Source: a virus
Reading direction: 5' to 3' (one strand)
IMG/VR virus record: IMGVR_UViG_3300032287_004273
Coordinates: 1 to 64,000 of that record
Length of the DNA stretch: 64,000 bases
Below, in pieces: positions 40,270-49,716 of this stretch (within the stretch, counting starts at the first letter, position 1; every line of letters starts with the position of its first letter). The position numbers and the translations under genes were made by a program. A model generated the notes under the pieces. That model had not been told where the DNA came from and did not search any database. It saw nothing but the letters and a program-made list of their open reading frames with translations.

Positions 40270-40575
40270 ATGGAGAATGACGATTCACTAATGGTCCAAA
40301 TAGAAGAACAGGATTATCATAAACTTGTAGACACTATTATAGAAGAGTCTTATCTTTTAGAAGATGAAGATTTAAAATTATACAATAAACTTCTCACTAA
40401 GAAAAGACAAGAATTTGATAAGTCTTGTGGGCTCAAATTTGTTTCAGTAACTAGAAAAAACACATTAGACGGAGAAGACGAATTTGAAGATTACGTAAGA
40501 TATACTTATTATCATAATTTTAAAGTAATAGATAAGAAAAAATACACTTGGGCAAAAATAAAATATGGAATCTAA
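40270..40575 (+). CDS. Hypothetical protein, KYGI C-terminal family
   Basis: Ends FKVIDKKKYTWAKIKYGI. Confidence 0.65.
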   Translation: MENDDSLMVQIEEQDYHKLVDTIIEESYLLEDEDLKLYNKLLTKKRQEFDKSCGLKFVSVTRKNTLDGEDEFEDYVRYTYYHNFKVIDKKKYTWAKIKYGI

Positions 40576-40786
40576 CAAAACTATGAGCGAATCAAATGAA
40601 TATTTAGTTTCATTCTTTGAGAATGATAATTGGTGGACCAGATATGAAAGCGCCGATAAAAATAGCGCAATCAAATTCTTTAATGAAGCTAAAGCAAATG
40701 AATCTTACAAAGATTGGCGACTAATTAAAAAGACAGTCTCTTTTGAAGTGCTTTATAATGATGCGGCTCAGTTGGATCTGTTTTAA
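40565..40786 (+). CDS. Hypothetical protein
   Basis: Packed ORF. Confidence 0.55.
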   Translation: MESNKTMSESNEYLVSFFENDNWWTRYESADKNSAIKFFNEAKANESYKDWRLIKKTVSFEVLYNDAAQLDLF

Positions 40787-40879
40787 TATGAATAAAATTT
40801 TATTAGTGATTGGATCAATCATAGTTTTAGTTTTTGGAGGCTTGACAACTGGTCTTTTATTTGCTTATCTAATGAAGCA

Positions 40880-41101
40880 ATGATATACCTACTCAAGATC
40901 TACAAGAGAGATAAAAGAAAAAAAACTGGCTATCGTTTCTGTGGTGAGTACGAATACGATAGAAAAGACCCGCATTCGATGCATAGAGAGATAAAAGAGC
41001 TATATCCTTTATATTCTCGCGAGGAAGGGTATATGTTCCAAGTCTTTGAAAAAGAAAATCCACCATTTGCTTCAACCAAAGATCCTGTATATCAAGCATG
41101 A
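40880..41101 (+). CDS. Hypothetical protein
   Basis: Packed ORF. Confidence 0.6.
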   Translation: MIYLLKIYKRDKRKKTGYRFCGEYEYDRKDPHSMHREIKELYPLYSREEGYMFQVFEKENPPFASTKDPVYQA

Positions 41102-41559
41102 AAATCTTCTTAGATGGCCACAAACCATTCGAAAAACATTTCAAAATTAAATTTGATGAGCCCAAAATTAAAATCCATAGTAATGGATTTATTTCTGTTA
41201 CTATAGATTGGCATTCAAAGAAGGGTTGTGAGCATTTCTGGAGATTTAAATATCCAGATTTGACCCACAAAATGTTTGGCGGCGAAACAATCTTTAAAAG
41301 AAAAAAATATTTAACTAAAGCTGCTGCATTTAATTTTCCAGATCTAAATGTAGATAATGAGGATTGCAAGAAGGTGGATTTTAAAGAATTAAAAATGGCT
41401 TCTTGGTTTGATATATGCATTGGATCAGAAACGGAAGAAGAATTTTATAAAGATAGATATGATTACATTTTCTTCGAGAATACAAAATATGGTTTAGTTT
41501 GTTGGTTTGCGCCAGAAGGTTGGGAAGATTGGAATAACGCAAAAGATTTCGCACAATGA
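41098..41559 (+). CDS. Hypothetical protein
   Basis: ATGA-coupled ORF. Confidence 0.65.
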   Translation: MKIFLDGHKPFEKHFKIKFDEPKIKIHSNGFISVTIDWHSKKGCEHFWRFKYPDLTHKMFGGETIFKRKKYLTKAAAFNFPDLNVDNEDCKKVDFKELKMASWFDICIGSETEEEFYKDRYDYIFFENTKYGLVCWFAPEGWEDWNNAKDFAQ

Positions 41560-41771
41560 AACAACTACCAAATATCGGTTCCAAAATAATCTACAAGGGC
41601 ACTCCACAATATTTTTGGTTTAAAAATATTATTGAAGATGCCAACAATCTTCTAGAGATTGGAAAAGAGTATACAATTTCTAGGATGAGATTGAACTCTA
41701 GTTGGGTTAGCGTAGTGTTGGAAGAGTTCCCAGATAATAAATTTTCTTTAAGTTTTTTTAATTATGAATGA
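41556..41771 (+). CDS. Hypothetical protein
   Basis: ATGA-coupled ORF. Confidence 0.6.
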   Translation: MKQLPNIGSKIIYKGTPQYFWFKNIIEDANNLLEIGKEYTISRMRLNSSWVSVVLEEFPDNKFSLSFFNYE

Positions 41772-42003
41772 CCTAATATCCATCAAAAAAGTAACTATTA
41801 ATAATCATGATCATGCAGCAGTTAAGTTTAATCCAGACGAAGACATTAGTATGTCTTTCATACAAAATGCCGTATTTTCTTTGATTGTCACTGCTATACG
41901 TCCTCTCGAAGAAGAACAAAAACATATGTTTGTTCAATCTATTAAAGATAATATGTCCAAACTTGATTTGATCCAATTATCGAAAATGACAGAGATGAAA
42001 TGA
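41764..42003 (+). CDS. Hypothetical protein
   Basis: Packed ORF. Confidence 0.6.
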   Translation: MNDLISIKKVTINNHDHAAVKFNPDEDISMSFIQNAVFSLIVTAIRPLEEEQKHMFVQSIKDNMSKLDLIQLSKMTEMK

Positions 42004-42009
42004 AATGCG

Positions 42010-42255
42010 ATGAGTAGTTTAAGTGGACAGAACAGCAATGGACGCATTAGTGGTACACGTTCGAGTCGTGTCTCATCGACCTTATTTTATCAATTACGAG
42101 AGTTGGATAGAAAGATTTCAAAAATTGACGACAACATAATATTCTGGCTTAGAATCTTTGATCACAAAGAAGCAAATAAATTAATAAAGAAAAGAGAAGT
42201 TCTCGATAAAAAGAGGCAGCAAGTCAGAAATAAAAGAAAAAAGTATGAAGCATAA
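42010..42255 (+). CDS. Basic hypothetical protein
   Basis: Packed ORF. Confidence 0.55.
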   Translation: MSSLSGQNSNGRISGTRSSRVSSTLFYQLRELDRKISKIDDNIIFWLRIFDHKEANKLIKKREVLDKKRQQVRNKRKKYEA

Positions 42256-42454
42256 AATTGCTTATAAATTTTACTCCTATGAATGTGGCGACGGATGTTG
42301 CACTGAAACTGGGTACGATTGGTACGTAGACGGAGAATTTATTCTTCGTAGTCCAAGCGAGGACGCTGGATGGATGGCAGTAATACGAAAACTAGGAATT
42401 GATGCCACATTGGTTGGGTTGGATGAGAATGATGAAGAAATTTGGGAATTATAA
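42245..42454 (+). CDS. Hypothetical protein
   Basis: ECGDGCC motif. Confidence 0.6.
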   Translation: MKHKIAYKFYSYECGDGCCTETGYDWYVDGEFILRSPSEDAGWMAVIRKLGIDATLVGLDENDEEIWEL

Positions 42455-42455
42455 T

Positions 42456-42653
42456 ATGCAACACTACGTTTTTGAATCTAAGAGAGATCTTCTGTATCAT
42501 AATAATTATCTTGCTTTGAACGAGGCATTAGAGCAAGCAGGTGTAATGGTCCTTTTGTTATCAGCAAGTGTGAGCGAACTTCTAGACACCTTGGCTAGAA
42601 ATAATATTGAGCTGAGTGCAAAATATCTTGACGTTCCAGAGAAATCCGTCTAA
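42456..42653 (+). CDS. Hypothetical protein
   Basis: ATG at 42456 directly after the previous stop. Confidence 0.55.
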   Translation: MQHYVFESKRDLLYHNNYLALNEALEQAGVMVLLLSASVSELLDTLARNNIELSAKYLDVPEKSV

Positions 42654-42656
42654 TAT
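42628..42656 (+). promoter_or_regulatory. Sigma70-type promoter, leaderless start
   Basis: TTGACG-N17-TAATAT-N6-ATG. Confidence 0.7.
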
Positions 42657-42662
42657 TGTAGA

Positions 42663-42902
42663 ATGAAAGACAAAACTCCTACACCTTCACTTGAAGAAAA
42701 GGTGAAGCAATACGAAGATTTTTTGCATAACATTAACATGATGCTTGTTTCTGGAAGTATTAAAGGTGTTCAAAAACTTATTGATCATGCAGACTCTTGG
42801 TCATATAGTCATCGGGTAGGAAACGGAGAACTTACAGAAGAGCAACAGCAGGAATTAATCAACAGAGCTTTCTGGAACCTCAATAATATTGATCTAAATT
42901 GA
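42663..42902 (+). CDS. Hypothetical protein
   Basis: ORF following promoter. Confidence 0.65.
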   Translation: MKDKTPTPSLEEKVKQYEDFLHNINMMLVSGSIKGVQKLIDHADSWSYSHRVGNGELTEEQQQELINRAFWNLNNIDLN

Positions 42903-42927
42903 CAGTCCACAGGAAACCCTCTAATAT
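42899..42927 (+). promoter_or_regulatory. Sigma70-type promoter with CCACAGGAAAC spacer motif
   Basis: TTGACA-gtccacaggaaaccctc-TAATAT-N6-ATG. Confidence 0.8.
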
Positions 42928-42933
42928 TGTAGT

Positions 42934-43227
42934 ATGAAAATCAAAGATCAGACAGATGCTGATAAATTTGCTGTTGTTGCTGGCTTTAATTTGGGGTGGA
43001 GCAGCAAGTTGTGTACTCTTTCACTTTGCTTTGAAGGAAAAGAAGTGAAATTAAATCAAGAAGAATGTGATGAACTTCAAAGAGTGTTGAGTGGAAAATG
43101 TCATAAAATTCTTGCATTTAGAAACAAAGATGAGTATTCTGCTCACTCAGCAATCTTTACATCCTCGACAGACAACAACTCAGGAGAATTGACAATTTAT
43201 ACAGAAGATTCAATTGCAAAGTTTTAA
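42934..43227 (+). CDS. Hypothetical protein
   Basis: ORF following promoter. Confidence 0.65.
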   Translation: MKIKDQTDADKFAVVAGFNLGWSSKLCTLSLCFEGKEVKLNQEECDELQRVLSGKCHKILAFRNKDEYSAHSAIFTSSTDNNSGELTIYTEDSIAKF

Positions 43228-43228
43228 A

Positions 43229-43453
43229 ATGAAATACTATTCCTACAACAAATATTCATACAATGTTCATGGAGATGTTGAATCGTGTGTTGTAACATAT
43301 ACAGAATCAGAAATCATTAATATGCATTGGAACTTTTGGAAAAAAATTCTCATAGAGAAATTTGGCGAAGAGCATTTTACATTAAATTATTCAGAAAAAG
43401 ATTGTATTGATCAATGGGTTGTATTAAACAAAGCTTGGGTAGAAGAAGTATGA
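43229..43453 (+). CDS. Hypothetical protein
   Basis: Packed ORF. Confidence 0.6.
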   Translation: MKYYSYNKYSYNVHGDVESCVVTYTESEIINMHWNFWKKILIEKFGEEHFTLNYSEKDCIDQWVVLNKAWVEEV

Positions 43454-43570
43454 TAGATAAACAAAAAATACTTTCAGAATTAACTAATCCAAAAAATATT
43501 AAAGAAGATGAATACTTGAGCATGAGCCAAGAAGCTTGGGCAGCTCATTTGAGCAGACAACTCAATAAGC

Positions 43571-43599
43571 TTGACACTCCACAGGAAACCTGCTAATAT
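43571..43599 (+). promoter_or_regulatory. Sigma70-type promoter with CCACAGGAAAC spacer motif
   Basis: TTGACA-ctccacaggaaacctgc-TAATAT-N6-ATG. Confidence 0.8.
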
Positions 43600-43605
43600 T
43601 ATAGT

Positions 43606-43845
43606 ATGAAAACACAAGAAGAACTATTTTACGATATTATATTGCTTGGGCAAAAAGTGGACAACCTGAAAGGTTGGGTGCAGAATGATTTTGATCGAAT
43701 GATCGCAGATGGTGGAATAACAAAAGAAGATCTTCAGAATCGTCTTCCTCAAATTTTAGATGATTTTGATGACACAATTGACAAACTAAATGTATTGAAA
43801 CTTGCTGTGTATAATTCTGTAAAAGAATGCATCTATCAAATATGA
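43606..43845 (+). CDS. Hypothetical protein
   Basis: ORF following promoter. Confidence 0.65.
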   Translation: MKTQEELFYDIILLGQKVDNLKGWVQNDFDRMIADGGITKEDLQNRLPQILDDFDDTIDKLNVLKLAVYNSVKECIYQI

Positions 43846-43956
43846 GAACAATTAAATTTAGAATGTGGAGTAAAGAAGCAAAATTATGCTACAGACTTGT
43901 ATTGCGCTAAAAAACGCAACATGCGTCCACAGGAAACCATCTAATATTGTAGCATC

Positions 43957-44160
43957 ATGAGCATCCAAGTATACGCTGAACAAAAAAATGGTTCTCATTT
44001 CACAAAAATTAAGATATCCTATGTGATAGAAGGTGTTTTAAACACATTAGAATTGAAAGATGATGATGCTCAACATTTGTTTGAGGTGTTAAATGGCAGA
44101 CACGGTGTTATGTTTATTAATAAGAATGATGACACTCCCGCTATGCATATACAGAAGTAG
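43957..44160 (+). CDS. Hypothetical protein
   Basis: Preceded by CCACAGGAAACC-ATC-TAATAT. Confidence 0.6.
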   Translation: MSIQVYAEQKNGSHFTKIKISYVIEGVLNTLELKDDDAQHLFEVLNGRHGVMFINKNDDTPAMHIQK

Positions 44161-44220
44161 TATATGCATCAAAGATCTTGGAAAAAGAAGGATTGGAGTA
44201 TATAATTGAACCAGAATAAT

Positions 44221-44460
44221 ATGGCAATCAAACAAAGAACTATAACAGAATACTATTGTGATGCATGTAATGCTATGTGTTACGATATGAAACCATTCTC
44301 AATGCCTACACATGTAACAAACGTAGGATCAAGTAAATTACACTTTCATATAGTATTCCGATTTAGTAACACTATGCGAGACGGCAAACAGGATTGTTTG
44401 ATTTGTAATGAATGTCAAAAAGAATATCTTAAAGTCTACTTAAAAGAATTGGAGAAATAA
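44221..44460 (+). CDS. Hypothetical protein with CxxC pairs
   Basis: CDAC...CNEC. Confidence 0.6.
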   Translation: MAIKQRTITEYYCDACNAMCYDMKPFSMPTHVTNVGSSKLHFHIVFRFSNTMRDGKQDCLICNECQKEYLKVYLKELEK

Positions 44461-44461
44461 T

Positions 44462-44948
44462 ATGAGAAAACTAAAATTTAGATGTTGGAATAAAGAGGAA
44501 AATAATTGGCTTAATACTAATTATTTAGAATGTATCAATACTGAAAAAGATAATTTAAAAGCATTGTATAGTAATACAGCTACTTTAATGTCTATTATTC
44601 ACCACACTGAAGAGACAAAGGATCGTGTAGTTATTCAACAATTCACTGGCTTGACGGAAAAATAATGTTGAAATTTACGAAGGGGATATAGTTTCTTTAA
44701 ATTTAGATTTAGATATTGTCTGCGATTTTTATAAAAAAAGCCAACACACATTGTTGCCTATTATTTTAAAGGAAATTAAAAACAATGTTTATACGGGGGA
44801 AGTAAAGTATGATGAAACTCCATTGGGTGAAGGAATATTAGGTCAATTTACATACTATGTAGGTTTGATTCGTTTTGCTGATCTTAAATGTTTAGTTACC
44901 AAAAACAGCATTGAAGTAATCGGTAATATTTTTGAAAATGAAACGTAA
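44462..44948 (+). pseudogene. YopX-family gene interrupted by a frameshift
   Basis: MRKLKFRCW...QFTGLTEK-stop (44665); +1 frame continues NNVEIYEGDIV...EVIGNIFEN. Confidence 0.75.
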
Positions 44949-45162
44949 GCTTATGGATGAAATAAAAGAAGTTGTTGAATTTGTAGTACAATGGCAAAGT
45001 GAAAACAATAAATATGTTCGCTGTACAGCTTCATTCTCAACAGAAGAATATCTTCGGGAATACATTAAACATCGAAATATTACTCCTATAAAAATTTGGA
45101 GAGAAAGATCCACATTAGTAGATAATAAAGTAGTCAGCGTAGTTAAAGAAAATTATGAATAA
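44938..45162 (+). CDS. Hypothetical protein
   Basis: Packed ORF. Confidence 0.55.
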   Translation: MKRKLMDEIKEVVEFVVQWQSENNKYVRCTASFSTEEYLREYIKHRNITPIKIWRERSTLVDNKVVSVVKENYE

Positions 45163-45430
45163 AGATATTGATCACGATTATACAGATGAAATTGTGTGTC
45201 CTTATTGTGGATGTGAATTTAGTGAATCTTATGAATTTGATGGAGATAGCGGAGAATGTGAATGTTATGAATGTGGGAAAGAATTTGAGTATTATCGGCA
45301 CATAGAAGTAACGTACTGCACTTACGAAATCACAGAAGAAATGAAAGAGCAGAAACGGATTAGAAACGAACAACACAGGCAGCGTATTGAAGAACTTCTC
45401 AAACAAGATGAAACGCAATCTAATGGATGA
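45155..45430 (+). CDS. Zn-ribbon protein
   Basis: CPYC...CYECGKEF. Confidence 0.7.
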   Translation: MNKDIDHDYTDEIVCPYCGCEFSESYEFDGDSGECECYECGKEFEYYRHIEVTYCTYEITEEMKEQKRIRNEQHRQRIEELLKQDETQSNG

Positions 45431-45722
45431 ACTAACAGAAGGTATTTGTGCTTTTAGTACAATTGCAAAATACAAAAAAGAGATGGAAGAGATTGAACAA
45501 ATCTTAGGTAAAGCATTAGGTTATCCTTGGTTTAAAGACGATCAATGTAACTTTCCTAATGCTACAGAAGCTGATGGAGTTGCTATTGGAGATCATACAG
45601 CTTGGTCTTTGGCACATCAAGCAGCAGATAGGATTAAGGAATTAGCTGAAGAAGTAGATCGGCATAATGCAAGAGTTCATAAGTTGTCGTTGGAAGAATG
45701 GAGAACATTTGATCAAAGCTAA
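45408..45722 (+). CDS. Hypothetical protein
   Basis: Packed ORF. Confidence 0.65.
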   Translation: MKRNLMDELTEGICAFSTIAKYKKEMEEIEQILGKALGYPWFKDDQCNFPNATEADGVAIGDHTAWSLAHQAADRIKELAEEVDRHNARVHKLSLEEWRTFDQS

Positions 45723-45729
45723 ACAAAGC

Positions 45730-45758
45730 TTGACATCTCTCAGGAAACTCTGTATAAT
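45730..45758 (+). promoter_or_regulatory. Consensus sigma70 promoter with CAGGAAAC spacer motif
   Basis: TTGACA-tctctcaggaaactctg-TATAAT-N5-ATG. Confidence 0.85.
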
Positions 45759-45763
45759 AAGAT

Positions 45764-46132
45764 ATGGAAACACACTTCGATGCATACATAAAGTTCCCAG
45801 CGACCTCAGAATATAATCTGGGGACGTTTGATCGTTTACGTAAATTGCTTGGTTCAGTAGAAGAAGTTGAATGTAGTTTTGCAATTGAGTTCTCCTGTGG
45901 AGATGGCAAGTATCTATCAGATCTAAACACAAAAGAGGAAATCGAAAAGTATGATGGTAATGTTTGTCTACTTACTCCTCCTCGTTTTAATATAATTAAA
46001 ATGTCTCAGATGCCAGAGCAAATGAAACCCAATAAAGATTACCTCTTTACTGTCAAATACAATCCCAAAACAGAAGAACAAATCTGCTACATTAACAGAA
46101 AAGAAAGAAGCAGAAAAGAAATAAGAAGATAA
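45764..46132 (+). CDS. Hypothetical protein
   Basis: ORF following consensus promoter. Confidence 0.7.
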   Translation: METHFDAYIKFPATSEYNLGTFDRLRKLLGSVEEVECSFAIEFSCGDGKYLSDLNTKEEIEKYDGNVCLLTPPRFNIIKMSQMPEQMKPNKDYLFTVKYNPKTEEQICYINRKERSRKEIRR

Positions 46133-46142
46133 TTTCGGGCTA

Positions 46143-46385
46143 ATGAAATTAAATTATCTAATAATCTTTGTTAGTCTTGTGTTAATAGATATTGCCTACA
46201 TCTTTTATCTTAAGTATGTAGCTCAAAACAAAATAAATAAAGCGTCTGGTTGGGCATCGGTTGTTACTCTCTTGAATGGAATTATAATCATTAATTATTC
46301 CTCCGACATCTATAGCGTTCTTTCTGCGATGATTGGCGCATATGTTGGTACTTTTATCTCAATGAAATTCTTTAATAAAGATTAA
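46143..46385 (+). CDS. Small membrane protein
   Basis: Three hydrophobic segments; GAYVGTF. Confidence 0.65.
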   Translation: MKLNYLIIFVSLVLIDIAYIFYLKYVAQNKINKASGWASVVTLLNGIIIINYSSDIYSVLSAMIGAYVGTFISMKFFNKD

Positions 46386-46387
46386 AA

Positions 46388-46945
46388 ATGAAAAATTACG
46401 ACGATCTAGTAAAAAAATATCCAGAACTCTTCGTTGTTGAAGAGGATTCTCAAGAGCCTTTTGCGCATTTTGGCTTTGAATGTGGCATTGGATGGTATGA
46501 CATCATCGATAAAGCGTGCCAGATAATATATTCTGAATATAAACATCACCTTTATATGCAAAAAATGTACAAACGAGATTTAGACGACATAGAAAAAACC
46601 ATTCAAAAAAGGCAATCTTGGGATAAAGACAAGACTAGAGAATGGATTATTGCGCATACTGAAGCATCTTATAGCAGTTACAGCAAGATGGCAGAAGAAG
46701 AAAAAGAAAGATTGCCCAAAACAGCCCAAATCAAAGAAAAATTTGGTACTTTACGCTGGTATGTAAACAATGCCGACAAAACTTCTCAAAAAATCATTGA
46801 CTTTGCGGAGCTAATGAGCGAGAATACCTGCGAAGTTTGCGGTGAATATGGTAAAACCTACACAACAGGCTGGCATAAAACTTTTTGCTTAAAACATGCT
46901 ATTGAAAAATATGGAAAAGAAAAAGTTGATCAGTACAACAGTTGA
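46388..46945 (+). CDS. Hypothetical phage protein
   Basis: FECGIGW...QIKEKFGTLRWY...CEVCG motif. Confidence 0.7.
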   Translation: MKNYDDLVKKYPELFVVEEDSQEPFAHFGFECGIGWYDIIDKACQIIYSEYKHHLYMQKMYKRDLDDIEKTIQKRQSWDKDKTREWIIAHTEASYSSYSKMAEEEKERLPKTAQIKEKFGTLRWYVNNADKTSQKIIDFAELMSENTCEVCGEYGKTYTTGWHKTFCLKHAIEKYGKEKVDQYNS

Positions 46946-47011
46946 GAATGTAGAGATAACTGTAGCTCCGCATACATATCTAGTCAACATCCAGAATAAA
47001 AAACAATAAAT

Positions 47012-47482
47012 ATGATAACTGAAAAAAAAATGTCACTTAGCGAACTGTTTGAAAGTTTTCCTTCTATTAATTTGTCTCTAAAAGAAATTAGAGAAATTAT
47101 TCCTGCAGAGGAAGTCATGAGTAGAAAATTCGTCTTCATAGACTCAGATTTATTATTTTATATTGAAGAGGAATTTGGGAAGAGTCTTGAAAAAGAAAGC
47201 CGCAAAAACGAAAGAAGAGAATTACCTCCACCTCCAGAAGTTCATTATGTTTCTTCTTTAGGTATTCATAAAATAATGGAGGAAATGAACGATCTATGCG
47301 GCATGGATGAAATAGGTAGGTCAGATTTGGAAGTATTAGGATTTGACTATGGCGAAGGTGGAGAAAATTGTCATATTTATGAAATCCTTGATGAAGAAAA
47401 GTTTTTAAAAGGTAATGAACGATTTAATTTTAATTATAAGAATGTAGTTTTAACAAAGACAGATAAATACGATTCAATATGA
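47012..47482 (+). CDS. Hypothetical protein
   Basis: 156-aa ORF. Confidence 0.65.
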   Translation: MITEKKMSLSELFESFPSINLSLKEIREIIPAEEVMSRKFVFIDSDLLFYIEEEFGKSLEKESRKNERRELPPPPEVHYVSSLGIHKIMEEMNDLCGMDEIGRSDLEVLGFDYGEGGENCHIYEILDEEKFLKGNERFNFNYKNVVLTKTDKYDSI

Positions 47483-47829
47483 AATACCAAATCCGCAAAG
47501 TAGAAAAAGTAACCATCTGGGAAGCTACAGATGCAATTGAACTAAATCCTAAGTTCTTTAAGAAACTAAAAGATAACCCATACAAGGGCTCGACTGAAGA
47601 AGATTTCTTGAAGTATATCGATTCCCTTCGATTCGATCTACCACAAGAACTAGAGGATATTGATTTCGAAACCTATGACAAACTAAGAGATTTATTCGAA
47701 GGCGAAATGCAGAAAAACATTTACCATACAACAGCTGAACACTCCGAAGACTCTTGGCTCGAAATCGGTGACGTAGATCCTAGCTATTCTAAAAAAGGTG
47801 GGTTTAATTCTCGATTTGATACTCTTTAA
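47479..47829 (+). CDS. Hypothetical protein
   Basis: ATGA-coupled ORF. Confidence 0.65.
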   Translation: MKYQIRKVEKVTIWEATDAIELNPKFFKKLKDNPYKGSTEEDFLKYIDSLRFDLPQELEDIDFETYDKLRDLFEGEMQKNIYHTTAEHSEDSWLEIGDVDPSYSKKGGFNSRFDTL

Positions 47830-47832
47830 TGT

Positions 47833-48228
47833 ATGGGACGTAATTATTGGGGAGATATAGAAGGTAAGTTTTGGTTTAGCATTCAGCCGTCAGATGACGC
47901 TTCCTTTTTTAAGGAACCTTCCTTAATAAATGAAGATGACGATGGTGATGAAGTTTCTCTCACGTATTCCTTCGATGAATCAGATATAGAACTATTAGAG
48001 GATGCACTTGAGGAAATTGATAACGAACTTGGCCCTTGGAAAGAGAAAATTGATAAGTTCTGCAACCTCAAAGAATCATTTAGCGAAGATATCTTATGCA
48101 AGAAAACAGGTATACTTGCTGAAAATAGTCAATCAATTCTAGCTTTATATGCTCGCATGAAACTAGGCAATCAAATATTAGATTGCGTTAAGGAGAATGG
48201 CGAATGCGTATTTGAATGTGAATTATAA
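47833..48228 (+). CDS. Hypothetical phage protein
   Basis: MGR.Y.GDIEGKFWF..Q.S motif. Confidence 0.7.
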   Translation: MGRNYWGDIEGKFWFSIQPSDDASFFKEPSLINEDDDGDEVSLTYSFDESDIELLEDALEEIDNELGPWKEKIDKFCNLKESFSEDILCKKTGILAENSQSILALYARMKLGNQILDCVKENGECVFECEL

Positions 48229-48231
48229 TTA

Positions 48232-48588
48232 ATGAGTGAAGTAATAAAGTCTTTACTTCCATATGATATGGCAAGGGGAGGTCAGGTAATAGAAAAGCTT
48301 GACCTTACCTTTGCTAATCATAACAGAAAAAATAAGCTTCATTCATACGCTACATCCAAAATGGATGATTTGCGTAAACAGTATGAAGATACTATTGCCT
48401 TATGGGAATGGAACGAATACGTCGATACATTCGATATAGGCTTCGAACCCGTCGTAGGTAAGACGTACTACCTATACGAAGGCGTAACTAAGTTCGTATC
48501 CATACTCAGCCCAAAAGAGTTCAGAAAAAAATCATTAGGCACAATCAAATTGTCTAGTGATGGCTATTGGATCAAGTTAGATGAATAA
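48232..48588 (+). CDS. Hypothetical protein (DUF2452-like)
   Basis: FEPVVGKTYYLY...SILSPKE. Confidence 0.55.
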   Translation: MSEVIKSLLPYDMARGGQVIEKLDLTFANHNRKNKLHSYATSKMDDLRKQYEDTIALWEWNEYVDTFDIGFEPVVGKTYYLYEGVTKFVSILSPKEFRKKSLGTIKLSSDGYWIKLDE

Positions 48589-48841
48589 TATTATTTATTT
48601 ATCTAATAGAGATGTCTGGAAAATATTTTCCATAACTTCCGCAAATAATAAAAAAGGAATCAAGCCTTTTAAATTTGAGGATGTTGGTTTGAAATTTGTA
48701 GATGAATTATTGGAAGATGAAATAGACATCGAGAAACCTTACGATTCAGATTTGATTGTAGAAAAAAAACGACGCTTTGAAGTAATAGACAAAAAAGAGT
48801 TTATATTTTTTGCCATTAAGTATGGCATAAATTATAATTAA
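48581..48841 (+). CDS. Hypothetical protein, KYGI C-terminal family
   Basis: FEVIDKKEFIFFAIKYGINYN. Confidence 0.65.
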   Translation: MNNIIYLSNRDVWKIFSITSANNKKGIKPFKFEDVGLKFVDELLEDEIDIEKPYDSDLIVEKKRRFEVIDKKEFIFFAIKYGINYN

Positions 48842-49212
48842 TTATATGCGAAAGTTATTTCGTTTTTATTGTCTTGATTGTGACAACGCATGGCTAGAAA
48901 TCCTCAATGCAGATGAGATGCATTCAAGGTGCGAATACTGTAATAGTTTACAAACAGCAGAAGTGATAGATTAGGGGTAAAAAATCAAATTACAATCGCG
49001 GCTTAATGTAATTTATAATGAATTTTTATTCCAATTCCTCATTTGCTCTCTGTAGTTTGTAATGGAATATAGTAGTTATGGTCATTTATTGTAATTAGCC
49101 TAGTATATTACTGACTAGGCTCCAACAGAAGCGGAATGAAATTCAATAATCGAATCATTGTCGTATTGTGACAGTCGATTACTAACTAGGTAAAAATTGC
49201 CTAGTCGTTATA

Positions 49213-49716
49213 TTAGAAACGATAGGTTAATAGGAATAGGGCAATCCATAACCAAATAACATCGTCAGACCAAACGCTATAGAATATCGCGTGCGCCATG
49301 CGTTCAGCTTTGCTTGGTTCATACGATATCTCCACAGATGCGGGGAACTCCCAGACAGCATCTGGAGAAGGAAATACAGTAGAAGAATAGGTTATTTGTG
49401 CTGACTCACTATCACGTACAGCATCAAGAAGAGTAGAATTATCATCATATTTTTGGTTGCTATTGTCACCAATAACATTGGTGTCACCATCACTATCAAC
49501 ATCAGAAGAAGTATCAGATCCATCGATACTCATGATAAAAGCAGAAGGGGAAATAACGTAAGAATCATTAACATTAGCAATAGATGAACAAGAAGAAAGA
49601 GAAGATGAGTTAGATAATATAGAAGAAGAGTTAGAAGATAGATTACAAATACGCTTGTTTAACTCTCCCATCAATTTTGTTAGTTTATCTTTATCATTGG
49701 GAGTTAATCTACTCAT
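49213..49716 (-). CDS. Ser/Asp-rich protein with hydrophobic C-terminus
   Basis: 167-aa ORF; GTGTAA 8 nt upstream of ATG; no competing plus-strand ORF. Confidence 0.55.
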   Translation of the reverse strand: MSRLTPNDKDKLTKLMGELNKRICNLSSNSSSILSNSSSLSSCSSIANVNDSYVISPSAFIMSIDGSDTSSDVDSDGDTNVIGDNSNQKYDDNSTLLDAVRDSESAQITYSSTVFPSPDAVWEFPASVEISYEPSKAERMAHAIFYSVWSDDVIWLWIALFLLTYRF

